From assembly GCA_018304465.1 (NCBI GenBank), contig JAGVWC010000012.1, forward strand, positions 999-64,998: DNA of 64,000 nucleotides, given 5' to 3'. Below are positions 25,894 through 34,520 of the stretch, piece after piece. The notes below the pieces were generated by a model. It was not told the origin of the DNA. It did not search any database and worked only from the letters and a program-made list of their open reading frames with translations. How positions within the stretch are numbered: position 1 is the first letter of the stretch; every line of letters starts with the position of its first letter. Made by a program: the position numbers and the translations under genes. This DNA is from Candidatus Iainarchaeum sp. GTDB lineage: Archaea; Iainarchaeota; Iainarchaeia; Iainarchaeales; JAGVWC01.

Positions 25894-28800
25894 GTGGTTT
25901 TGATGGGTATTGGCCAAAACCTGAAGGATTTTTACGTTTCGCTTGAAGACGGCTATTACTCCGTGCTCGACAAGGTTTCAAACACCTTGCCGGTGTATAC
26001 GGTCGTGGATCCCGTGGACCGGGTTTTTCCGTCTTTTTTGCTTTTGATTCTGCTCGTGATCGCCGGCATCGGTTTTCTGACTGTTTCTGGGTTTGGCCCT
26101 GTCGTCATCGGCGGCGATCAGGTGTTTGTCAATGTCGTCGTGGAAAACCGGGTGGGGGACAAGCTTCCCAACGTGCCCGTAACGCTCGTGATTAACGGCG
26201 TCTCGACGGACAGGCAAACGGATCAAGATGGGTTTCTTTCGTTTTCGGCTCCTAAAAATTCTTCGGGCAAATTATTGATTTCCATCGAAGGCTATCAGAA
26301 CGTGGATGAAAACTTTTCGATTTCGGATCAAAACGTGGCCAAGCGATTGGTGTTGCGTCAAATCGAATTGCCCAAGACGCGCGTGATCCAGTTCGCGGAT
26401 GCCGCGGGACGCGCGATTATCGGAACCACGATTACCGCGAAATTCACGTGTTCGAATACCGAAGCCAAACTGGAAAAAGACACGTTGTCGTCGGATTCAT
26501 TGGGAAAAATATCGATCGTGGAACCCGCCAACTGCGGTTCATTGCAAGCAACCGTGTTGGGTCCCGCCGAGTACGCCCAAACGCCTTTTTTGGTGAACCA
26601 GCCGTCGCCCGTGATCCGGCTCGAAGCCGTGCAACAGCCCGTCGGAAACGCGCGTATTCGCGTCGAGGACGAACAAGCCGATTTGCTTTCGGATTTGGCG
26701 GCAAGCGTGGTGTTGTACAATGATTCGGGCGAAGTCAAGCGATTGTCACTCGAAAACGGGTTCGCGCAGTTTCGCGATGTTTCCGTTGGATCGTATTATG
26801 CCACCGTGACGCCGACTCAGAACGGTTTTGGTTCGGGAAAAAGCGCGTCGTTTGAAGTCAAGGAAGGCCAGTTGGTGCACGCGACCATCAAACTGTCTAA
26901 AAGCGTCCGGCAAAACCTGACGATTACGGTGCTGGATCTTGAATCGAATCTGTCCGTCAAAGACGCCAAAGTGGTGCTGCAAAGCCGCGGAACGGGAAAA
27001 GAATTGTATTCGAAGGAAACAGATGCAAGCGGCAAAGCGGTTTTCGGTTTGACGGATCCGGAAGAATGGCTTGTGCAGGCAAGCTTGGCGGATTATTATC
27101 CCGACGAAAGCGTAGTGTCGGCGACGGATTCTTTCCTTACGTTAAAACTGGAAAAAATTTCGGGAGAAAACACGGGCATCGTGAATGTTTTCGTAGTGGA
27201 TGAAAAAAACAAGCCGGTTGAAAACGCCAAAGTGCGTTTGCGGTACAAGGAAACGGATTCGATCGCGCCGTACGACGCGTTGTTGACGGATGTCAACGGA
27301 GAAGCCAAGTATCGCGGGGTTAAAGACGGAAAAGAATTGTACGGTTACGCCGAAAAGTTTCCGGCAACCGGCGTTTCGGACGCGGTTTTGATTCAGAAAT
27401 TAACGCCAAACCAGATGAAAGTCAAGATGGAAATCGGCGACGCCTTGATTTCGGTGTCCGCGGTGACCGAAGACAACGAACCCATCGTGGAATCAACAGC
27501 GGAAATATTTGATTCCACCGGGGAACGCGTGGGCGAGATTCCGCTTTCCAACGGCAGCGGTTCGCTTTCCGTGAAAGCCGATAAACGCATCTATGTTGTG
27601 GTTTCAAACCCCGATTTTTTCGGTTATCAAAGCGAAACATTCCAATTGTATAAAGACAAGAAAGTTCAGGTTGTTGCGGCGTTGCCGTCGCGACTCGTGA
27701 GCGGCGGTCCGAAGGTTTCCTTGGTCGGCGTGTTTGACGCATCCGGCAAAACCGTGGACCAAATGGAAGCGGGCAACAACTACATGGTGAGGTTACAGTT
27801 GAAAATCCCGGAGGATTCGTCGTTTGAACAAGCGGGAATTCATTTTAGGGTCGGAAGCCAAGCCTTGATGGAAAACGACCAGATCGTCATCAAGGGAATC
27901 AATGTCGCCAACGCGGCGTTGGTCCAGGGGTCCACGTTTAATCCGCCGAAAGGGCAAGTCATTGATTTGAACCCGGCGAATCAGTCGTTTGGCGACGCCA
28001 AATGGGCCAATATCGTGTTTTCAAACCCGGTTCCGCAGGTGTATAACGTGGCCGTGGATGTACGCGTGAAAAACACGGCGACATTAAACGCTCCGATTCC
28101 GATGTTTTATCGCGCCTGGGGCAAAACCAACCAAAGCACGATGGTGCGCGATCCGCAGGACAACGAATTGGGCGAATCCTTTCAGACCGGAAGACTGCAG
28201 GAATTATATGCCAACGCTTATCCCGTGACGAGATTTTTTGAAGGCGCGGGAAGCGAATGCGATGATTACGTTTGTTATTCGAATGTCCGTTTTTTTGACC
28301 ACAATCAGGGACTCTATATTCAAAGTCCGTTTGAACTGGTCAACAACCGGGATTACGAGTTTTCGTTTTCCTTGACGAATTCTTCCCAAGCCAATTTTTC
28401 GGGGGCTTCGTTCCAGTTTTCGATTTTAACCGACGGAAAAGAAAGCCGGGATTACGTCGTTTCGGATTACCGTATTTCGAACGCGTCCGCCCAGCCGTTT
28501 TCCGGTGGAAGCATGGCCAACAACAAGCTTGAAATCGACGCCGGAAGCATGGTGGTCAACGCGGGAATCAGCGGGTCCGTAAAATTCCGTCCCACGCGGA
28601 TTCTGCCCGGATCCATTCTGCTCAAAACCGTTTACCAAGGCGAAATCGTGAGCCTTAAAGAAATTTCGTTCGTCACGATCGCGGATAAAAAACTCGTGAT
28701 TGGTCTTTCGCCTGATCCGATTCCGGCGTTAATCGAAGTTCCGGCCGTGGTGTCGGTTGCCGAAGAAGGAAACGAAGAACCGGTTTCGGAAGCGGTCGTG

Positions 28801-31800
28801 ACATTGATCCGTGAAACCCGTGACCGCGTGCGGCAAAACCAAACCAAGATGTCAAACACTTTGGGAAACGCCGAGTTCGTGATTGCGGCGTCGTCTCCCG
28901 GAACCCGCATTATTGTCGAAGCCCAAAAACCAAATTTTATCTCCGAGCCATTGGTTCGCGTGGTCGATGAAAACGTTTTGCTTTTTTATCCGAACGAATT
29001 GAGTTTGGCGCTCAAAACCCAAAGTCAGCGCGAAGCCGAAGCCAAAGTAACGATTGAAAACGTGACCGCGACCCAGATCCGTTTATCCAAACTCCAGCTT
29101 GTTGGCGATTTCGCGGGCTTGTTGGATCAAACCAAAATCAACGGGTACTTGTCCACCTTGATCGGAACCAGGGTAGATCCGAATTCCACCCAAGAAGTCG
29201 TTCTCTTAAAAGCGTTTTTGTCTCCGACCGCGACGTTGTTTTCGAACCAGTCATTGGACGCGTCGCTTGCCATCGAAGCCGTGGATTCAAGATTGAATAC
29301 CAAGTGGGTGTTTTCGGTTCCGGTCAAGATCTCCGTTTCGATTGACGGCATGCCCGAAAACGAATCGTGTCTTTCGATCGACGAACCCCTTTGGGAAGAT
29401 TCAAGCCTGGAAAACAATTTGCAGCATTCGTTTACGTTGACCAACAATTGTAAAGTCGCGGGAAGCGCGCTTTCGCTTCGCGGTTTGGCCAGCCAAGTGT
29501 TGTGGAATGATAACGCCGTTGGAAACGTGGAATTGACGTTAACGGACGCGTCAAACCCGAATAATTCCATCACCCAAGTGCTGCGCGACAATGCGTGGTC
29601 GCATTTGTTCGATCAAATGTCCGCGGACGGCGTGTATTACGGCGTTCTTACGTTTGTGCCCAAAAGCGGAAAAACAGGTCAAGAAGCCCGGTTTACCGTG
29701 GACTTTGCCGCACAAACCCAAACCGAAAGCGGAGCCAAAAAATTGTCGACCAAAGAACCCATTACCGCCAGTATTCTGATTACGAATTTGCAGTTTTGCA
29801 TGCAGTATTCCGCCACGGGGGCGGGCACCCGAAACGTTGCGGAGTTTCCGAATCCCTTAAACGATTCGGAGTCCACCGAACCCAAACCGCCGGATTCAAA
29901 TCCTTCGAACGGAACCGTGACCGCAAAGCCGGTGAATGAATTGGTTTCCGCGACCGTGCAAACGGCTACGTCCGATGATGAATTTACTACGGTCAAACTG
30001 GGCACCGGAAACGACGCGAAGTTATTGATTGACATGAGCCGTTGCGGTGAACTTCCCATTGACATCGTGTTGTGCAAAGGAGACGATTATTGCCGCGGCG
30101 GAACCGAAGACGGCGGAATTCAGGTCAAGCCATTGCAGTTTTCGCTTTCGCCGGACACGCCTGTTCGCGAAGTCACGGTGTCGCGCATGGAAGTGCCGGG
30201 AATCTACGGTTTGACCGTGTGGGCGCGTACCAAAGGACGCAACTACAACAAAGTCGCGACCATCGACGTGTTGGTGGATCCGCGCACCGAAGACGGACAG
30301 TATTTTTCGCTTTCCAAATACGAATTGTTCATCAAAGGAACGGGAACCAAAGATTCGGTCGTGCTCAAAAACAGCAATTACGTGACCACGACCACCGTGG
30401 ACGCGCCCGCCAGTATGTGGGGACAGAAAAAACAACCCAAAGACAACGGCATGGGTTCCATGTTGCCTTTGCTTGGGGCCGCGATGCTGCCGCAAATGCT
30501 TCCGCCGCTGCTCGATGGAATGCAAGGCGCGTTTCAAGGCGCAAAAGATTTGTCCAATAAAAACCTGGGGGCTGTAAAAGAAGCTCAAACAGCCTGTAAA
30601 AAAGCGGATGCCGGAGTTGAAAAATTAAACAAAGGATTTGATAAAGAATTTTCAGATCCCGCTGGAATCATTAACAAAAGCAAAACCGACTTGCAGGGAG
30701 AATTCGCGGACGATAAGGGTTTAACCAGCCAATGTGAAACATTTCAAACCATTGTCAACTCGTGTCCCACGGGATGCGTTAGTTCATCTGGAGTTGACGA
30801 CTTGATGACCAAATGCAATGCGGCGGCGGATGGACTCAAAAAAAGCGTGGACGATTCACTATTGAAAGAAGGAGAAAACGGAGGGGTTCTTTCCAATCTG
30901 GATTCCCAACGTGACATCTTATCCAAACTTGACTCGACCGCGACCACCACGTGTGGCGCGTTGCCCACTGGAAAATTCGATAAAGGCGCCGGTATTTCAG
31001 ATCAATTCAAATTGCAGGCAGAAACCTGCGGCACCCAATGCCAAGTGTTAAAGGACAGCATTACTGGACCCAATGGACTGGATATGTTCAAAAAAACGGT
31101 TGGGGACGCAACCAAAGAACTTGGCGACTACAAAAAAGAGTTATCCGATCTCTCGGACGTGTCGAATAATCAAGCGCTTTCCGAAATGGCGAGCGCCAAA
31201 GTCACTGCGTTTACGGAGCATATGACCGAACCAAGCGACGTACAATATTGTACTCCTTGTTATGCCAAAGCAGACGAAGCGCTTTCCACATTTAATACTG
31301 CGTATAAGGAAAAAATCCAGACCGTGAATCAGAAAGTGGACACGATTGAAAAACAATTGTCGGACCAATATGGCGAAAACGGAGCCGCGTATAAAGAGGC
31401 GCAACAAGGGTTAAGTGACGCTCAAAAAAGCTGTGGACTGGGACAACAAGCACTAACCGACCAATCAAAAGCCACGCCGGTGGTATCCGATGACGCGGGA
31501 ATGCGCCGGTTCGATTCGGGCGCCTTAAGCAGCATGATGTCGCAAGTCGCCATGCTGGGTTTGATGTCGGGTGCAATGGGAAACGGCTTCGCGTCCGATC
31601 CCACCGAAGATGCTCCGCAAGAACACGTGCAACAACAACAGCAAGTGTTTGCGATTAACCTGCCAAGCGATGCGCGATCGACGACAATGAACAACGAAGG
31701 AATCGGCGTGTCCATGGATGCCGAGAACGTCAAGGTCATGGGAAAAACGGATTTGCGCGACCAGCGTGTGCCCGTGATTTTCGAAAACGCGGGTCTCGAA

Positions 31801-33714
31801 GAAGACAAGCCCACGTACGCGGTGATGACTATCGACGCGGTGGAACACGTGTTTGACGCGGTCACCAAGATTCCGTTCGGGGATTCGCGTTTCCTGCAAA
31901 CCGATTCGTGGGGACTAGGCCAGTTTTTCGGAAAACAACAGAATTACAACCAGAAATTCCATTTAAGATTCGTTTCAAAAGACACCTTGGTGGAATTGCC
32001 GCCGGTCATCGGAGACCAGTTCGCGTGCACGCAAGGCGCAATGGTGGGACAAACCGGACCGGATGCGTTGCCGAGAATCAAGTTGAAGTGGAACTGGACC
32101 GATATTACGATGGATTCGTGCGACGCGAAAAACCCGGAGTTCATTTACTGTGACGCCACCCAATTCTCCATCATGATGACCAAACGCTTGCAGGCCGTCA
32201 ACGACTTTTTGGCGGCAAACCCGGGTATTCCATGTCCCACGAACTGGCTGGAAGAACAAGTGCAAGCCGAGCTTGATCCGTTTAACGAATACTTGGTCGC
32301 GTTGGATTTTAGAGAATTCCAAACGAGCGATTACGTGACGGGCTGTTGGCTGCCCAAAACCACGGACATGTTCGACAACAAATCCGCGTTGGAGTTTTAC
32401 GTGGATGACTACAAGGAAAACATCCGTTGGACCGACCAGGTGCCGAATTCGCAGGCCTTGCACGAACTCTTGTATTTCGACGCGTATTTGATCCAGGACG
32501 GATATACGTCCGACTTTAGACAAGACTTCGCGCATTATTTTTCGAATGTGTCGTTTGCGGATACGCCTTCGTTTTTCAACCAGGATCCGACCGGTCACAA
32601 TTGGAGCAAGTATTTTTCGTTGGAAGGAATCACGTTCACGCAAAAATTCACGGAAAACGACCAGCTTCCAACCAGCGGCTTGTACCGCGTGGAAACCGTC
32701 GCGGATTTCAAGAACGATGACTGGGCGTTTTTTGACGGACAAACCTTAAACGCGTCCATCAATGTCGGTTTGCTTGCGTTACAACAGAGTTCGCTTAACA
32801 GCGTGTTTTATTATCTGCCGTTTGACGGCGAAGTTGGAACCGAAGGACAAAGTTTGGATCGCCAGGGATACGGAACCGGATACGAAATCGCGAATCATCA
32901 AGCGGTGCAGATTTCAAGACAAAGCGGAATCACGACGTTGGCCAACGCGGGATCGAATCCCGTGCAAGTCGTGGAAGTATCCACGGGTGGATCGTTTGAT
33001 TCCTTAAACGCGTTTGCGTCGCAACGCGGATTCATTTTGGATATTGAAAACAAGGACTTGACCAAGAAAGTCTTGCGGTTTACGCCAAGTCTTGCAACCC
33101 CGATTTTGCTGAAAGTGACGCAAGGCGCGACACCCGAACCATTCGGCGCGTTTTATACGATCCGAAACGCGGATATTCCGCAGAACCTGGGTCAAAGCGC
33201 GGCGTATTGGAGCGGTGCCGGCGCGTGTTTGGACTTTTCAGGTAACCTGGTCGCGGACGCGTGGGATTTCCGCCCCGACCGCAAAGCCCAGTCATCGGAC
33301 CGGATTCCGAACTGGACGATTTCGTACGGCATTGATTGGTCCGCGGCGGAAACCGCCGGAGACGTGTTCTTGAAAACCGTCATGTATTCGCCGTTAAACG
33401 GTCGTTTTTCGATTAATGCCGCGTCCGACAACGTGTTGATCGCAACGCCGGACCAGCCGTTTGGAAAAGCCCAGGATCTTGCGGGAGTATCCACCATGGC
33501 GTTTAATCGCCAGGGAACCACGGCCCAAGACCGGATTACGGCGTTGGATGATTTGTTTGAATTGGTTTTCGAGCAAAAAGTGTGCGTGACCAATACGGGG
33601 ATTCGATCCAGTTTCTGGTGGAACCCCAAAACGGTTTTCAACCAGGCGGGCGGATCCGGAAGCAGTATTTCGGATATCGAAGCCACGTTGCAGTCCGGAA
33701 AAACCTGCCGATAA
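25894..33714 (+). CDS. Giant envelope protein, fused modules A-linker-B (unit 3, 2606 aa).
   Basis: The N-terminal 'FYVSLEDGYYSVLDKVSNTLPVYTVVDPVDRVFPS' plus TM is A-like. The C-terminal 'TGPDALPRIKLKWNW...IYCDATQFSI...DGYTSDFRQDF...FYYLPFD' is B-like. The start is GTG at 25894 or ATG at 25903. Confidence 0.85.
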   Translation: MVLMGIGQNLKDFYVSLEDGYYSVLDKVSNTLPVYTVVDPVDRVFPSFLLLILLVIAGIGFLTVSGFGPVVIGGDQVFVNVVVENRVGDKLPNVPVTLVINGVSTDRQTDQDGFLSFSAPKNSSGKLLISIEGYQNVDENFSISDQNVAKRLVLRQIELPKTRVIQFADAAGRAIIGTTITAKFTCSNTEAKLEKDTLSSDSLGKISIVEPANCGSLQATVLGPAEYAQTPFLVNQPSPVIRLEAVQQPVGNARIRVEDEQADLLSDLAASVVLYNDSGEVKRLSLENGFAQFRDVSVGSYYATVTPTQNGFGSGKSASFEVKEGQLVHATIKLSKSVRQNLTITVLDLESNLSVKDAKVVLQSRGTGKELYSKETDASGKAVFGLTDPEEWLVQASLADYYPDESVVSATDSFLTLKLEKISGENTGIVNVFVVDEKNKPVENAKVRLRYKETDSIAPYDALLTDVNGEAKYRGVKDGKELYGYAEKFPATGVSDAVLIQKLTPNQMKVKMEIGDALISVSAVTEDNEPIVESTAEIFDSTGERVGEIPLSNGSGSLSVKADKRIYVVVSNPDFFGYQSETFQLYKDKKVQVVAALPSRLVSGGPKVSLVGVFDASGKTVDQMEAGNNYMVRLQLKIPEDSSFEQAGIHFRVGSQALMENDQIVIKGINVANAALVQGSTFNPPKGQVIDLNPANQSFGDAKWANIVFSNPVPQVYNVAVDVRVKNTATLNAPIPMFYRAWGKTNQSTMVRDPQDNELGESFQTGRLQELYANAYPVTRFFEGAGSECDDYVCYSNVRFFDHNQGLYIQSPFELVNNRDYEFSFSLTNSSQANFSGASFQFSILTDGKESRDYVVSDYRISNASAQPFSGGSMANNKLEIDAGSMVVNAGISGSVKFRPTRILPGSILLKTVYQGEIVSLKEISFVTIADKKLVIGLSPDPIPALIEVPAVVSVAEEGNEEPVSEAVVTLIRETRDRVRQNQTKMSNTLGNAEFVIAASSPGTRIIVEAQKPNFISEPLVRVVDENVLLFYPNELSLALKTQSQREAEAKVTIENVTATQIRLSKLQLVGDFAGLLDQTKINGYLSTLIGTRVDPNSTQEVVLLKAFLSPTATLFSNQSLDASLAIEAVDSRLNTKWVFSVPVKISVSIDGMPENESCLSIDEPLWEDSSLENNLQHSFTLTNNCKVAGSALSLRGLASQVLWNDNAVGNVELTLTDASNPNNSITQVLRDNAWSHLFDQMSADGVYYGVLTFVPKSGKTGQEARFTVDFAAQTQTESGAKKLSTKEPITASILITNLQFCMQYSATGAGTRNVAEFPNPLNDSESTEPKPPDSNPSNGTVTAKPVNELVSATVQTATSDDEFTTVKLGTGNDAKLLIDMSRCGELPIDIVLCKGDDYCRGGTEDGGIQVKPLQFSLSPDTPVREVTVSRMEVPGIYGLTVWARTKGRNYNKVATIDVLVDPRTEDGQYFSLSKYELFIKGTGTKDSVVLKNSNYVTTTTVDAPASMWGQKKQPKDNGMGSMLPLLGAAMLPQMLPPLLDGMQGAFQGAKDLSNKNLGAVKEAQTACKKADAGVEKLNKGFDKEFSDPAGIINKSKTDLQGEFADDKGLTSQCETFQTIVNSCPTGCVSSSGVDDLMTKCNAAADGLKKSVDDSLLKEGENGGVLSNLDSQRDILSKLDSTATTTCGALPTGKFDKGAGISDQFKLQAETCGTQCQVLKDSITGPNGLDMFKKTVGDATKELGDYKKELSDLSDVSNNQALSEMASAKVTAFTEHMTEPSDVQYCTPCYAKADEALSTFNTAYKEKIQTVNQKVDTIEKQLSDQYGENGAAYKEAQQGLSDAQKSCGLGQQALTDQSKATPVVSDDAGMRRFDSGALSSMMSQVAMLGLMSGAMGNGFASDPTEDAPQEHVQQQQQVFAINLPSDARSTTMNNEGIGVSMDAENVKVMGKTDLRDQRVPVIFENAGLEEDKPTYAVMTIDAVEHVFDAVTKIPFGDSRFLQTDSWGLGQFFGKQQNYNQKFHLRFVSKDTLVELPPVIGDQFACTQGAMVGQTGPDALPRIKLKWNWTDITMDSCDAKNPEFIYCDATQFSIMMTKRLQAVNDFLAANPGIPCPTNWLEEQVQAELDPFNEYLVALDFREFQTSDYVTGCWLPKTTDMFDNKSALEFYVDDYKENIRWTDQVPNSQALHELLYFDAYLIQDGYTSDFRQDFAHYFSNVSFADTPSFFNQDPTGHNWSKYFSLEGITFTQKFTENDQLPTSGLYRVETVADFKNDDWAFFDGQTLNASINVGLLALQQSSLNSVFYYLPFDGEVGTEGQSLDRQGYGTGYEIANHQAVQISRQSGITTLANAGSNPVQVVEVSTGGSFDSLNAFASQRGFILDIENKDLTKKVLRFTPSLATPILLKVTQGATPEPFGAFYTIRNADIPQNLGQSAAYWSGAGACLDFSGNLVADAWDFRPDRKAQSSDRIPNWTISYGIDWSAAETAGDVFLKTVMYSPLNGRFSINAASDNVLIATPDQPFGKAQDLAGVSTMAFNRQGTTAQDRITALDDLFELVFEQKVCVTNTGIRSSFWWNPKTVFNQAGGSGSSISDIEATLQSGKTCR
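32065..32190 (+). repeat. 126-nt segment that is near-identical to 40179-40304 (4 mismatches).
   Basis: Direct base-by-base comparison of the two stretches. Both encode 'ALPRIKLKWNWTDIT.DSCDAKNP.FIYCDATQFSIMMTKRL'. Confidence 0.9.
33541..33627 (+). repeat. 87-nt segment that is near-identical to 41637-41723 (3 mismatches).
   Basis: Direct comparison. Both encode 'ALDDLF.LVFEQKVCVTNTGIRSSFWWNP'. Confidence 0.9.
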
Positions 33715-33747
33715 TATATATTCCAAACCATTGCAGAGAGTTCGAAT

Positions 33748-34437
33748 ATGAAAAGACGATCACGGACACCAACGCCCCCCATCCAAAACCGATCCCGGCA
33801 AAAAGTAGGGCGAAGAACGGTGTTACGAACGGTGGTTTCGGCGGCGATCGTAATGCCGTTAGGTTGCGGTTTAAAGATGCCGCGGACCGAAAGAATTTCC
33901 CAGGTAAAGGAGTATGGCTGGCGGCATCGCACCGGAAATCTTCGGCGGTTAATTGTTTCCCAAAAAGTGTACCCAAAAGTGCCGGTTGAATATTATTTGG
34001 CTGAAATTGCGCGACTGAGTGCAAAAGCAAGCCGGCAAAAGCTGTCCCCGCAAAGCAACGTTTCTCCCGAACTTGAATTAATTACCCCTCTTTTTTCGGC
34101 CGAAGCATTAAAGTGGATGGTGAAAAGAAAACACGTTTCCCAGATTGTTGCCGATGAAATTAAAAAATACCAGAAAGGGGTTCCCAAGCAACGGATTCCA
34201 GTGAATCTATATTTGACCGCTCGCTCGGAATGGACGCGGTATGTGCATGAAAACCTAAAAACCAGGTCTTTTTTTACGGAGCTTCAATGGACTCCAAAAA
34301 AGCAGTTGGATTTTTTGCTGGTGGCAATGAAAGATTGGAATTCGTATCAGCGCGTGATACAGCAAGGACATATTCGAGATGCGGCATCCGCCAAGTATTT
34401 ATCGGAATTAAAGGCTTATGCCGAGACATTTCAATGA
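33748..34437 (+). CDS. Hypothetical basic protein (229 aa) between the two fused giant genes.
   Basis: ORF with an Arg/Lys-rich N-terminus ('MKRRSRTPTPPIQNRSRQKVGRRTVLRTVVSAAIVMPLGCG') and a helical-looking remainder. No family recognised. Confidence 0.5.
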   Translation: MKRRSRTPTPPIQNRSRQKVGRRTVLRTVVSAAIVMPLGCGLKMPRTERISQVKEYGWRHRTGNLRRLIVSQKVYPKVPVEYYLAEIARLSAKASRQKLSPQSNVSPELELITPLFSAEALKWMVKRKHVSQIVADEIKKYQKGVPKQRIPVNLYLTARSEWTRYVHENLKTRSFFTELQWTPKKQLDFLLVAMKDWNSYQRVIQQGHIRDAASAKYLSELKAYAETFQ

Positions 34438-34520
34438 CAAAAAGGTTTTCCTAGGCCAAAACGCTTTCTTTTGTAACCTTAATATAGGAGAATTCAGTAT
34501 TCTATACGAAGGTTTTTTGG

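Noticed and set aside
32100-32190. The idea that the 'YCD[AS]TQFS' motif marks a transglutaminase-like or papain-like Cys nucleophile.
   Set aside because: The Cys-to-aromatic spacing does not match the G-x-C-x-x-[FY]-[AS] transglutaminase-core pattern. I could not identify conserved His/Asp partners downstream. This is left as an open question rather than a claim.
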